Source: Carcharhinus longimanus
Lineage: Eukaryota
NCBI GenBank assembly: GCA_030264375.1
Contig: JASCQW010000061.1
Coordinates: 73,987,452 to 74,051,451, forward strand
Direction: 5' to 3'
DNA length: 64,000 nt
Numbering within the stretch: position 1 is the stretch's first letter; each line of letters opens with the position of its first letter. The translations under genes were made by a program, and so were the position numbers. A model generated the notes under the pieces. That model had not been told where the DNA came from. It did no database searches and was given only the letters and a program-made list of their open reading frames with translations. Shown piece after piece: positions 1 to 13,919 of this stretch.

Positions 1-141
1 TACCAAAGTGAATCACCTCACACTTTTCCGTATTAAACTCCATCTGCCACCTCTCGGCCCAGCTCTGCAGCTTATCTGTGTCCCTCTGCAAACTGTAACA
101 TCCATCCTCACTGTCTACAACTCCTCCAACTTTAGTGTCGT
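1..141 (-). mobile_element. CR1-type LINE reverse transcriptase fragment
   Basis: Minus strand reads DTKVGGVVDSEDGC..LQRDTDKLQSWAERWQMEFNTEKCEVIHFG, a typical CR1 RT C-terminal segment. Confidence 0.85.
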
Positions 142-1202
142 AACTGTCAACTGTTATGTGACACAGCTGGAATGTGCTCATTGATCACGCAAGACATATT
201 AATAAAAGCTTTTTGGCAGCACACACATACACCCCTACAGGTGTAGAGCATCATTGATTACATACATGTGACCATCAAGACACCCACTGACATGATAGTC
301 AGCTTCACCAACTGGAAGAGTTTCTGTTCCCTCCGTGTTCAGCTGATTTAGTTTCCTCGTGTGTGCTCACTTTCCTGGCAGTTGCCATGGCTCCTTCACC
401 CTCCAGCAGTCCAGCCAGCTGAAACTCTTCACTTCCACCTTCCCAACCTCCATGGATGAACTCTAGAGATCAAGGATTAACTCTTCAAAAGATGGCTATT
501 AACCCTTCTACATGAATCTGAAATAGAGATGTTAAAACCAAAGTAATCAGCTCAGTAGTGCTGTCAAGCAGGCCATTAGGCTTTGGGTTTTGGTCAGGTG
601 GCATTCTGCAGTATGTTTCAGCAACAGTTGCATGCATTCTGCAGATTTACCGCACTCTCCGGAACACGGCCCTCCAGAGAGCAATGGCAGTGGCTGCCAT
701 CCTTTAGCAGATTCCGTCTGAGGTGGGAAAGTATGTGGATTTACCCAGCTTGTTACCAGTCGAACAATTGATGCCCTTACGTGGCCAATTAATGGCCACG
801 TAAAGAGCCTCATCCTGCCACCTCTGGTATTGACCCAGCAGCTGGAGTGTGGGGGTGAAAGTGGAATGGGTGGGGAAGATCCCTATGTGGCGTGTACAAC
901 AAGCAATGCATTTTGTTGACCTTTGGGAATGGGGAGCGCCCTGTTCCTTTAAAGACACCCAGTGAAAGCCACACCCCTGTCCTTGCTGTTGAACCCCTTG
1001 CCCAGTGACTCCCACACCATGAACCCCCTGCTGTCGTCACTCAATTTGATGTATAGTATTATAATAAATTTGTGGGTAATATGATTCCAAGCACAACTTG
1101 AAGGAACAATGGATTTATAAAGAACAGCCACTGCAGAAATTTACAGGCTTTTCCATAGTCAATGTGCCATGTATTTTTTATGAATTATGTCATAGAATAA
1201 AA

Positions 1203-1510
1203 TCACAGAATCCCTACAGTGCTGAAGAGACCATTTAGGCCATTGAGTCTGTACTGACTCTTTGACAGAGTATCTTATCCAGGTCCTCTCCTTTGCCGTA
1301 TCCCTGTAATCATACACATTTACCTTGATGGGACACTAAGTAGTAATTCAGTAACCTGCACATCTCTGGACTGTTGGAGGAAACATGAGCACCTGAGGGA
1401 AACCCATGCAGACACGGGGAGAATGTGCAAACTCCAGATAGTTACCCCAAGGCCGGAATTGAACCTGGGACCCCAGAGCTGTGAGGCAGCAGTGCTAACC
1501 GCAATGCTAT
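1203..1510 (-). mobile_element. tRNA-derived SINE, HE1/V-SINE type
   Basis: Minus strand has ggttagcactgctgcctcacag, B-box-like ggttcaattcc, V-domain-like gagtttgcacattctccccgtgtctgcatgggtttcc and the tail actgtagggattct. Homologous to the other copies in this window. Confidence 0.88.
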
Positions 1511-4096
1511 CCTGCATACTTGCTTCAACAAAGACTGAACAAGTTTTATTTAATTACAGTAAACAATCAACTGAACTTAAAATCACTGCCACCCTGCCAA
1601 AATGTATGGGGCTCCAGCACAATGGTTATATTCTTTTCTAGGTGAGATTTCTACAATGGACTGCATACTTCACAAAAAGGAATGCAGTGTGAAAGACTTT
1701 CCTGTGTTTGAAATGTTCTGAGCATTTTCAGAAAGGGGACATTTTCTGTTTCTGGATAGGAGTGAGCTCAGAGAGTTAAACTCAACCCAATACCCACTTC
1801 TCCATCTGGAATAAAAGGAAGAGCTGATAGTGAGAATGCCCACTCCAATGGAACAAAATAAAATATTCTTCCTGAAACTTGTTTTTTATATGTCATATCA
1901 GATTGAAGTCTGGTTTGCAGAAAGGTTCACTGCTATTAGAAGCAGTGCTGGTTTAGGAGGAATTGTCTGGGAAAGTCCTCATGTAGCATTTGCCAAAATG
2001 AAATCTATTTGTCATCAGTACTCTCACAGAGCCCATGTCACCCAGCAACATCCCAGATATTTCCAAATAAAATCAGTGATGTCATGAAGCTGCCAAACTC
2101 TTTCTATTTAATCAATCTTTCATTGGCACATCCAACCAATCAAAATCACCAAGGAGCCAAAAGCAGCGATTTCCATGAAAGGAAGTTGGATCAAACTAGT
2201 CTTCAAAATAATGAAGCATCAGAGTTTACATTTCCACTGGGAGGTAGGGGGTGGAGGAATTTCACTCTCCAAAAGGAACACAATCTCCATTTAGAAATTG
2301 TAATCTTTTAATTATAAAGGGAGTTGCAATTTCTCCATCTTTACTCACTGGGTTTCACTGCAGACACCAGCTCGGTGTGTTGAGCACTTCATCCCTTCAA
2401 AATGATTCATCTGTACCACTGGGTTGCTATAATGTAACGCTGGTGATATGCTAATACTCATGCAAATAGCAGCAGCTGAAATTGGTAAAGTGCCAGTGGA
2501 TTTTTCACACCAGCCTGTAAAATTACCTTTTTCACCTCTTTGATGTGATAAGGAAGTGCAAAATCAAAGCAAATGCCAAGCCCTCGCTGAGGGACTAAAC
2601 AGCATTTGAGCCACTCATTGCTGAGGCAGGCCATGCAGACTTCGACTGTGAGTCTCTCTGTGGATCAGACAGGCATGTAACAGCCGCTTTGTGCCACCTG
2701 CTATCTGTCACTTAATTAGCATAATCATCTAATTTCCAGTTGGAAATAATGGTGTCATGCACTTTTCTGTAATTGCTACTGTCATAATATATGCTGAATT
2801 ATGTCACGCTTGTATTATATGATTAGACATTTCAGGGGGTGGCTAAGGCATCGAATTCACACATCAGTACCTTTTGATCTTGGTCATGTTGCTTGCCAGC
2901 ACAATAACTTCAGAAGCTTTTTGCATTTTGATAGTTGTACCATTACAGAATGTGATAAGATGGGAAAATAATAAATTACAAGTTAATCTAAGATGGAGTG
3001 AAGTTTACATTTTTGTGTCTGCATTTATGATGAGACTTCTTAATTGTACAGCAGTTAAAATAACAGTGATATATCCCACGTTCATTAGCTCATAAAGAAT
3101 TTGCCTCGCATTAATGTGATGGTGATGATCATCAGCCATAATGAGGACTTTAAATATTTACAGTATTAAGTAGTACGCCAATGGGTGAGGTGGAAAGGAG
3201 CAGATTATATGTATAAAAAAAACTGATTCTTTATATAATTAGCTTGCTTGCATTTTACTCTCAGGGATTACATCACAAGCTACCCAGAGGTACTGAATAA
3301 GTCAGCCTGAGGCAATTTTAACTTCAGTTGAACAGACATCACTGGGCATGGCATAAAAAAGCAGCAAGCAGGAGACTGAGTGGCATCAGCTCACAATAGT
3401 GTCAGTATAAAAGGACTTGTGCAATTCCATCATAATGGGTAACTATGCTATATACACTGTAGACAAGGTGATCATGATTCCCAGATTTATATAGTTGTGC
3501 TTGAATCATTGTTAATTCAACACCCATATATGCCTCATCGCAAATTTCTGTGATATTATAATAAGTAGAACTGCCTTTCGCCTGCTATTGTAACTCAACT
3601 AGAAGTTTAGGGCAGTAGTTCTCTGTTATAGCAGGAAGAGCACCTTTTCTTTTTGAATGGGGACTGATAGAAAACTAAAATCAGATTCCAGCATCTGCAG
3701 TAATTTGCTTTCATATAAAACCTGTGTTGCTTTGTTTGCATTGATAATGAATTATGGAATTAAATATTCATCTGAGCTTCCTATTTCTCTGTGAAACAAT
3801 AAACATTTGGGCAAAGATGGCCGTGAATGAGTACAATAAATTAATTTATTACCAGCCAGAATGGCATTGTACAAATGTTTAACTTAGAGTACACATTGAG
3901 TGTAAAGACCTAAATAAACTCTGAATCAAAGCAGAGTGAGATTTCCTCATCTTTATTTTGTGCTTTGATACCAGACAACTGTTGTTAAAAACTCTTTGAA
4001 CTTTCTCCCTAACGTTCTCGCACATGTTTTAAACAATAACAAAGCTCACTGATGGCATATGTCATGTCCAAATGCCAGACTGAGCTGCAAAGGTAT

Positions 4097-4996
4097 TGGG
4101 GGAGGGGGATTTTCTACCCATATTCTCCGTTAGAGAGAATGGTGATGTGAACAGAGAATCCAGAGAGACTTGGGAAACACGATTCTCTGCAGAGAGATTG
4201 CGCTTCCCAATTTTACCCACCTCTCGCCAGTGGCAACATCACAAGGTTAGCACCCACAAAGATCAAAAACTTCATTGAAATGGAATTACTTGAATTTAAA
4301 TATTATTAACCGCCCTCCCCACCACATGATCCGCCTCACTAAATATTCATAACTCGCCCACATGACATCACAACAGTTTTGGCCAAATGAGAGACAATCA
4401 AGTAGATCCCTCTGGAGGCAAAGGGGTAAGTATAGCCCTTAGGGGAGAGGGACATAATCAGGCAGTGTGCTGGCGCTCCCCTGGCACTTCCACTTGGCAC
4501 AGGTTGGCACTGTGCCAACCTGTGCCAGAGGTGAGCCCTTGTGGGCAACCCATTGGGGAAGGGTGGTCATTTATGTGTGTTGAGGGGGGTGGTGAACAGG
4601 CACTGAGGGGGTGATGCTGGCCATACTTGTTGGGGGAGAGGGAATGCAGAGATACTTTTCAGTGGAGGGGGGGATTTTTGGAGAAGGCAATGTTGGTGAT
4701 GATTGTCAGGGCAGAGTAGATGGGGGGAGAGCCCCTGATATCTCTGTGGTGGGAAGGTTTATTTTATATTCTGATTGGGGCACCTTTTAAAGATGGCCCC
4801 CTGATATCTGTGGAGCTGGACTTGTTGCCTTAAGGAGGCTTCATTCTGCTAGAGTGACAGCATCAACCTTGTCCACTCTTTTTAGTGTAAGAGGCTGAAG
4901 ATCTGGAGAGGAAATTGGTCTGTGGAGCTGAAGAGTTTCATGCTGTTTTTTTCAATCTGAGCCTGACACTTGAAATATTTTAGTAAGATTCCACCC
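4097..4996. mobile_element. Decayed non-autonomous TIR-type element
   Basis: Begins gggggattttct and ends gtaagattccaccc (imperfect TIR similar to 55130-55312). G-rich interior; no ORF. Confidence 0.45.
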
Positions 4997-5054
4997 AAAG
5001 TTTTATAATTTATTCCCATGACCTAAAAAGACACTGGAAAGAGTATATCATTGC

Positions 5055-5388
5055 GGCTGCATGGTGGCACACTGGTTAGCACTTCTACCTCACAGTGCCA
5101 GCGACCCGGGTTTGATTCCAGCCTCAAGTGATTATGTGGAGTTTGCACGTTCCTCCTGTATCCATGTGGGTTTCCTCCAGGTGTTCTGGTTTCCTCCTGC
5201 ATTCCAAAGATACGTAGGTTAGGTTGATTGGCCAGGCTAAATTGGTGGCCCATGATGTGTAGTTTGGGGAGATTAACGGGGTAAATATGTGAAGTTACAG
5301 AGATAGGGTAAGATGCTCTGTCTGAGAGAGTCCGTGCATACTCGATGGGCTGAATAACCTGCTTCTACGCTGTAGGGATTTTAAGATT
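5055..5388 (+). mobile_element. tRNA-derived SINE, HE1/V-SINE type
   Basis: ggtggcacactggttagcac...cgggtttgattcc...gtggagtttgcacgttcctcc...ctgtagggattttaagatt. Confidence 0.88.
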
Positions 5389-6369
5389 GTCCATCCTGAT
5401 TGCTTGAAAAAATGATGAGCTTTTAGTAAGTGCAACTTGCATTCTTTGTGCTAAAGTACAGTTATGATCATGGTGAGTAGGGAATCCCAAGAGTTTGGTC
5501 TAGGAATGGTTTAAAAAAAATGTAGTACATTTCCAAGTCGGTGTAACCTGGGGAGTACCCTGTGTTCTTATTTACTTATCATCATCTTGATGGTAGATTT
5601 CTCTGCAAAAGGAGGTAAATTTAGTAATTGCTGCACAGTACCTGGCACTCATGGTGAACACTGGGTGGGATCCTGAGCCCACTCTCATCAACTGTGGAAA
5701 TGGCGACAGGACCTCAGGATCCGGCAAAACTCAGAAAGCTCGAATCTTGCTCGCATTTTCCAATTTTTGCTGCCCCTCACTGAGAGGATAATCGTGGGTG
5801 TGAAACTGATTTCAGTATGTCTTTAAGATATTTGTGTATAATCAAACACCCCTCCCCCTCCCTGCCCTGTCATCCATTGACCACTCACCATACTTTCGTG
5901 CACACTGGTGAGGTTTACAATAGGTTCACCCAGACATGGAGTGGGGGGGTGGGGGGTGGATGTGGAGTATTGACTTTGATCTTGCGATGGGGTGGGGGGG
6001 GTGGTCAGGTTNNNNNNNNNNNNNNNNNNNNNNNNNNNNNNNNNNNNNNNNNNNNNNNNNNNNNNNNNNNNNNNNNNNNNNNNNNNNNNNNNNNNNNNNN
6101 NNNNNNNNNNNNNNNNNNNNNNNNNNNNNNNNNNNNNNNNNNNNNNNNNNNNNNNNNNNNNNNNNNNNNNNNNNNNNNNNNNNNNNNNNNNNNNNNNNNN
6201 NNNNNNNNNNNNNNNNNNNNNNNNNNNNNNNNNNNNNNNNNNNNNNNNNNNNNNNNNNNNNNNNNNNNNNNNNNNNNNNNNNNNNNNNNNNNNNNNNNNN
6301 NNNNNNNNNNNNNNNNNNNNNNNNNNNNNNNNNNNNNNNNNNNNNNNNNNNNNNNNNNNNNNNNNNGAA

Positions 6370-7075
6370 AACCTCAAGCATCTTGAGTACTGTTGTCACT
6401 GAACCCATCTAAATGAGGTATAAATATTTCAAAATGTACTTGAGCCTTTTTAATGGTGAAGAGACAGTGAGGGATGAGGAAATGAATTACCTGCTGAAAA
6501 GTGTCCGTCCATTGCCATGTGCTTATAGCCTGTCATCTTGATATCACTGCTGCAATGAAGCACCTGTTCAGTGGTGACCCTCCCCGTATGCCAATGATGG
6601 GCAATTCAGCTTTGTTGGTGCCAAAGGTTAAATCTTTCTCGAGTTGGAGATGGTAATTATGTAGCATTAATTTTTCCTGCCACTTGTTAATCTGTGTCTG
6701 AATGTTGGTGCTTCGTGTAGGCTGGCATGGTCACATCATTATTAGAGGAGTTGTGTATGCAACTCCAGTGAAGGAGTATCAGAGAAGATTCTCCCTCTTG
6801 ACCTCATGTTGAAGGGGTAAGTCTTTGGTAAAGCAGTTGAAGATGGAATTTAAGAGGCTGCTCGGACTGTCCCCAGCATTGACACTGTGACTGTGATGAC
6901 TTGCGTCCAACAAGCAATTCCATCGGGTTCGGCTCCAGCTACTGGACAGTTTCCCATTTATCCCCAGTTGACCTTAGTTTTGCAAGGGCTCCTTGATGTC
7001 TTATGTCGCTGAATACCGTGTTGTTGTGAAGGAGACCTACTCTCATCCCAGCGTTTACCTCTTGCCTGTGCCAAT
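6370..7075 (-). mobile_element. Highly decayed LINE RT fragment, related to 25580-27478
   Basis: Reverse-complement similarity to that LINE (gagttggagatggtaattat, tggtaaagcagttgaagatg, ggctccttgatgtc). Related 3'-end sequence lies at ~5390-5660. Confidence 0.55.
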
Positions 7076-10000
7076 GTTGTAAGAAGTACAGGAGCCTATT
7101 GGGTTTTTTTTAGAATATGTCCTGGATTTGGTCACATTAATAAACTATTTGTACATTTGTCTCCACCTGGACCATTGAATTGAAAGACTTGGCCCTTTAA
7201 GGTAATTATTTGGAACGATATCCGTTTATTTTTGGCACACCATTTTCCAAACTCCAATGCACGTTCCATGCATCCCTGAAGACAAGGCAATAGAAATTTT
7301 AGTTTCAATGTATTTGATAAAAAGTAAAGAAAAACAGCCAATTGAACAGAATCCATCAACGTTCATAACAGAACTGTCCATTTTCAGTGCAATATAAAAA
7401 GCTGCAGTGTCACATAAACCTGGACATTTCAAGAGAGCTATAAATGCCATTCTATCATAATTGCAATTGAATCAGCAAGTCCCAGTCCTGACACTTTGTT
7501 TCCCTTTTCGTCCTTTTCTGTTGCACCTTTTTGTTTAATCACTGGGTGAGTCATGCCAAATGAAAATAATAGCTACAATGTACAGGGTACACCTGCTGCA
7601 TGAGGGCACAATAAACCACACATTGTAAAACTGCACTTAATGCAAATGCTTTTGTTGCTTGGATTCAACACGAGGTGAAGAGTTACAAAGTGCTGTGAAA
7701 TTGGCAGGCTAAGGGGCATATTTCTTATTCAGTTCCTTCTAATTAACCACTCAGTTCAGTTCAGCAGCATAGCTTAATTAGAAGCTAGCATTAGTTCTAA
7801 TTGTTTGCAAATTAACAAGGCTGCATGTAAATAGTGCTAATAACTTTAATTGCAGTATTCTATTTAATAAGGTCTAAGTACCATTCCCTGTGTTAAGACA
7901 TTGGATTTCATGTCAGACACTACACAAATTGTGTGTCAACGATATCAAGCAGTATATTAAATGATACACACTCAGATATCTTCTCGAGTTGATCATAGCC
8001 AAAATATGTATAGTTGAGCTCTAGATGGATCAATATAGCTGTTAAAGATTTAGTCCATTGCTCGTCTACAAAAACAAAAACTATCAATAGTTTAATTAGT
8101 CAAAATAAAGGATCACTCTATTGCAGTGCAACCTAGCAGCCTTACCGTTTCATTGCTTTAAAATCTGTAGGTAGTTAGCAGCACCATACAGGTAAAGATA
8201 CATTTCCAAATAATTGCAGCTCCATTTGTCCTACCTGTTGTTATTTTCCAAGCTTCTTGCACTTTAATGGAGAGCATGTTAGCATGCTGATATAACAAAC
8301 CCATCCTTGCATCTGCTCGTGGTCTAAGGCTTTGTGAAGCTTTGGACGTGTTTTTAAGGCCGATGACGCTAACGAATCACAGCACAAATGACCGAATCGA
8401 TGTGAAAGCAGCCACTGCTGTTTAAGAGTATCAATAATTGTACCTTTTCGCTGGAATGGATAAGTGTTACATTTAAAAGTCATATGGATCTCTTAATTGA
8501 AAGTTAATTNNNNNNCAATGAAGAGAGTCATTTAAATATCGATTGTTCCTTTCAATGAGAATTGTTAACGGTTGGATTTTGTAACAACTTTGTTTAAGAT
8601 GCAATCAATAGCACACAATCAGTACATTCCATAAAAGAAAATTGACATATGTTCTTAAACAGCCTTCTGGGTGTAATAATCTTATCTGCTTTCATGTATG
8701 GCTTGGAATACCCATGATCCTTTAGTTTTCCCAATGAAATCTATACATTTCAAGGATTTAAATTGGACTTGAACTCACTTGTGCAATGGAGTAAGAGTTC
8801 AGGTTGAAGACTACATGTGGAAAACACCTCAGAGTGGTTCATTATATGTAGTTACTGTTATGAAATGTTATTTGTATAATTCCATGCAATAGAGGTTGAC
8901 GTATTAGGTTGAATGGAATGAAAAAAATGGTTTTGCGCACATTGGCATTTTAGGTCTTATTTGCTTGTGGAATGTAAAATGCAATAGGCTTCAATTATTT
9001 TCAATATCATAAAGTATAATGAGACTTTCATAGAAACTGCATTCATCATCATTGAATAAATAACTCGTTTTTATTCAAACTCAAGTGGTTACTGTATTAC
9101 TGTAGAAGACTTCAAGTTTTTAGAAGAGATACATGTGCAACTTAAGTAACCTGTCTACTTCTAAGCCCAAACACACAGCCTATTCCATTGAACAGATGCA
9201 GGTAATATTGTTTAGGTTTTTATAGAATAGATATTTTCTGTGCATACATGTGGATTTGAATCTCAGAAATTGCTTTATTGGCTCCTCTTCTGGGCTATTT
9301 TCCTTTCCATTGCTTCCATTAATTTGGATTTGAAGAGCCAGCTAATCAAGCTAATTGTGGGTTACTTTGTTTTATTTAACAGAATGAGGTAAGCAGAGCT
9401 TGAAACATATGGCGTGATAAATAACGGACTGATATGATTTGGCTCAATGTGGCACTGCTGTACTTGATAGAAGGTGCAAACAGCCTCAGCGAATTTCATT
9501 GAGTGGAATCTTATCAGTCATGATAAGTGACCCTATCACTTCTCCCAGTGAGGCTGCCAGCTGTCCACAGCTGTGGGCAGTCCGAATGGCACTCCCACTT
9601 AATCAACTCACACACCACCCTTCGTGGGTTGAGGATGCCTACCTCTGGGAAGATTGCGCAGGTGGGCAGACCTGAAAAACCTCATCAAAGTCAGACCCCA
9701 GGAATGGACCTGCCCTGCACTGAAAAACCAAGATTGTAAGATTCTGCCAATTGTGTCAGAAGAAGGAACAAAAAAGCAGTCTTCATTCTCAAAGAATGTT
9801 CTCCAAAGTAGCAAAGCTATTATTGTGCTGCCTTTCATTTGGTAATTAGCAGGTTGTCAATAGGTCTCAAATGCATGTTTTACATGCTGTAAAAACCATT
9901 GCTTTTTTTGAAGGATAATTCATTTTGTAAAGTCATTGCCAAATAGGAATAAGAAGTCAAATCTAGCTTTATTATTTATCTGAAGGATGCATACTCTTGA

Positions 10001-13000
10001 AAAATAAAAACTCCCACAATGTTAATTCTCCTTATAAAAGTGATGATTGTTGGAAGTGATACAGTTTGCTAATTCTCACAGATGTCACATCTGCAGCTTC
10101 AAACAAGGAGACAATAAACAACTTGCATTTTCTCAAAGGATGGAGCAGGTCTTACAGTTCTTCGGCAGTTTTCAAAAGAAGAAACGCAACATTTTTTTAA
10201 ATGCTGCAGTTAATTCATTACTGAAACTTCCATGGGGAAAAAAAGAATGCTCCGACCATTTGCAGCGCTCCAACACATTGCCATTACTGTCGCCCTCAAT
10301 GCTGCAATTTCCAAGTCCACTTCATCCTCCTTCTCCTTTCTTGAAAGCAATATAAAAACATGTTATTAAAAATAAATACTTCAATGGCACTAATTTGAAT
10401 GCTCGTAAACTTTTGCCTATGAAGATGCTGTTACTAAGAAAGGGCTTGGGATTTGTCTGATAGATCTTATTTGTCTGATAGAGTTGACCAGGGAAATGGA
10501 GCTACAGCTGGTTACNNNNNNNNNNNNNNNNNNNNNNNNNNNNNNNNNNNNNNNNNNNNNNNNNNNNNNNNNNNNNNNNNNNNNNNNNNNNNNNNNNNNN
10601 NNNNNNNNNNNNNNNNNNNNNNNNNNNNNNNNNNNNNNNNNNNNNNTTTCAGAAGTTATAGACAGGAAGCTGCGTGGTGACTGGTAAAACTGTTTTCTGT
10701 CTAACCACAGGTCACGTTGGAAGGCGTGTGTGAAATTTTTACCCTTCGGCTTCAACATAGATGAAACAATTAAGAGACAGATGTTTAAAATCATCCTTTA
10801 ATAAACAAGGGAAAAGAAGAAAAATATCAGAATGGAAAGGATTTTATCTTGATTATTTTTAATGCAATGATAATTGTTTCCATCAGGCTTGCTGTCCTGT
10901 TGCAGGAACAATGATATAAGCAATATTCACTGACAGAATATTAAGATACCATTTCCATATTTTTTTAAACCTGCACACAGTTTTCGATCAGCTGCTGTTT
11001 CCTGTGTTGCTTGAATTGGTTGAGAATATATATCCATCTATTCAAAAGTCTGTCTGCTACGATTTGGCATTCGACATTGAACATTGTAAAGCAATCCATA
11101 CATAAACTATGTATCCTGCAAACAGATGCTTGATGGTCCTTTCCATTATCAGTGAAATAAGAGTATAATTCATCATCACAATTATCTTATGTGAGCTACC
11201 TCACTAACTTCAGTATCTAAATGTAAAAAAAATCTGAGGACAAAATTCTACAATCATTCAGATTGGATGCCTGTGAGGTTTTCACGCTATTAAATTGCAA
11301 ATGTATATTTCAACTGAGGCACAGCATGTTTGGCTAGATTCTGCAAGCTTCTCATGAAAATGGCTGATTAGTGGTTGCTGCCTTAATGTTCTGACCTTGA
11401 GTGAAATTGAGGCATTTGGTGATGAATGTGGTCAGTTATCTTGGCTGGAATAAGCAGCTGCTGTATTGTGTTGTGAAAAAAAACTATAAAGCACCGATGG
11501 CTGGGCTGACTGTAAAATAGTGAGATTTAATTCCATTCAACCTGTTGAAAAATCAGTTGTGTGCTGATACAAGAAGGCTGATACTGTTGAATCTCCTCCC
11601 CACAGGTCTGGTTATGTTGGATTGAAAGATACTTCACATCAATTAATATAAAAGTGCAGGAGGTGGGCAATGTGTCCTATAGTTCTTTATTACGATATTT
11701 ATCGGCTGATTTTTTTTTGATCTCTATGTGGCCTTCCTTAAAATACAGGAAATCATTTAAAACTGTGTTTCCCAATTAGCAACTAAATAATTATTTTATG
11801 AAGCCTTGTGGAGTGAATGAATCAAGATGAAATATAGTGCATCAAAAATGAAAAACAGCAACACATTCTGGTGAAAAATTATGATGGGATTATTGTAAAT
11901 CAACAGTCAAATGTCACATGATGCATTGTTACACGTTAGTTAATTATCAGAGGCCAAAACCAAACTGATATTGTGCACTGAAGGGCTTACCTGCAGTGTG
12001 AAACAAAATCCTTGCAACCGTATGGCTTATTTTAGATAACTAGCCAAACACTGTACTCCATGCAATAGCTGAGCGCTTGCTAAGTATAATGTCTGCTCAC
12101 TTTAGGGTTGTGTACAGTTTTGTTGAATAATACTCCTGTGACGTGCCTTGAGAAGTTTTACTTCATTAAAGACACTGTCTAAATGCACATTGTTGTTCTA
12201 ATTAATTGTAGGCTTTTTATAAGCCAGCAGGAGTAACATACTTGTTAATCCTTTTGTGTGAATAACATCGTGGCTCAGAATACGATCAGACTGACTGTTG
12301 GCATCTGCATGGAAAGCCATCACCAACACAAAAACCAATAACCCAAAGCAGAATACAATCCCCACATACAAAATTGAAATAATATACTTCTGAATAATGG
12401 AAAATACAGGGAGGGATTTCAAGGCTGTAATCTAATTGAATAGTTTAAATGATTGTTTAAAACTGCTCGAGTCCATTCTCATGGTTGATGACACTGTCTG
12501 AACCTTAAATTAGATTACAACCTTGTAATCACTCCCAGGTATCCTTCATTTTCTGTTAGAAATGAACGAAATAGATACATTTGTTTCACGAGGTTTCAGT
12601 TTTTCAGTCTGATATGTAACACACACTATTAGGATATAAGCAGTAGGAAAACAATCGAATCTGCTTCAGAAAGAAATTCAACTATGACAGTAGGTTTTTG
12701 AAGACCTAGATTTCTGAAGCAAGTTGGGGTAGAAATACTTCCATATTCCAGGTTAATGTGTTCAGGTGACGTTCCACTGTTTACTGTTTTAAATACAAAT
12801 GAGTTAATACCTCTGCTAAATTAGTAGACAGAAGAATTTGAAACAAATCAATTAGGCATAACGAGCATTAAGCAGATTTTCTAACCAATCTTTGTCTCTA
12901 GAATTTTCTAAGCATAAATCATCAGAGCCAGAGGATGAGATTTGAAATCATTCAAAACTCATCTATTTGTGCAGAGTTAAAATCAGATTTATACTGTAAT

Positions 13001-13121
13001 AATGGGAGGAAGGTGCTGAACTAATTTGTGAGTAAACAAAAAGGTTCCATAAGTCTGAAACATATACTTCCTGCCATAAATGATTTGAAAAGAAAAAAAA
13101 ATCATGTGACTTTTATTGGAT

Positions 13122-13420
13122 GGCCCATTGGTTAGCAATGCTGCCTCACAGCATCAGGGAACAGGGTTCAATTTCGGCCTCAGGTGATCGTCTATGTAGA
13201 GTCTGCACGTCCTCCCAGTGTCTGCATGGGTTTCCTCCCATAATCCAAAGCTGCATTTGTTAGGTTGACAGCCTAAGCTAAATTGCCCCTTCATGTCAAG
13301 GGGACTGGGAGGGTAAATACATGAAGTTATGGAGATAGGGTCTGGCAGGGATCATTATTGGTGCAGGCTCAATGGGCTGAATGGCCTCCTTCTGCACTGT
13401 AGGGATTCTATGATTCTATA
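13122..13420 (+). mobile_element. tRNA-derived SINE, HE1/V-SINE type
   Basis: Same head, V-like core and CR1-like tail gggctgaatggcctccttctgcactgtagggattctatgattcta. Confidence 0.88.
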
Positions 13421-13654
13421 TATTTATTAGCAGCTACAGATTTATTTCTTCATCTATTACCAGTTCAGCTGATATGTTGAGCATAGCTTATGTAAGCGAA
13501 ACCTGAGATAAATATGTTTTCCTTAATTATAATGACCTAAATGAATGCATTCCTCGGTTTACCAAATCCTTAACTCAATCAATAGTTATTTAGGTTATCA
13601 AAATTATGATTTGTGATTGAAGCCCCTATCCAAGGTATTGATTGTTCAAAAAGA

Positions 13655-13915
13655 AAGGGGTCACTCATTTAAAATGGAGATGAGGCAAAATCGTCTTTCC
13701 TCTCAGAGAGTCCCAAGTCTTTGAAGTGCTCCTCCTGAAATGGTGATGGAAGCAGAGTCCTTTGATATTTTTAAGGCAGAGTTGGATAGAGTCTTTGGTA
13801 AGCAAGGGGGTGATAGGTTATCGGCCATAGGTAGAGTGCAGATTTGAGGTTACGATCAGATCAGCCATGATCTCACTGAATTGTCAAGCAGGGGCTGAAA
13901 GGCCTACTCCTTCTC
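13655..13915 (+). mobile_element. CR1 LINE 3' end fragment
   Basis: ggggtcactcatttaaaatggagatgagg...gatcagatcagccatgatctcactgaa...gaaaggcctactcct, matching the other CR1 3' ends in the window. Confidence 0.8.
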
Positions 13916-13919
13916 CAGA

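Noticed and set aside
5817-6412. Long ORFs spanning N runs (also ~10417, 19410, 55781, 62023)
   Set aside because: Open only because N codons contain no stops.
12878-12945. Strong acceptor (ttctaac...tttgtctctag) as the missing upstream exon
   Set aside because: The phase-1 frame hits TGA after 14 codons and no good donor precedes it.
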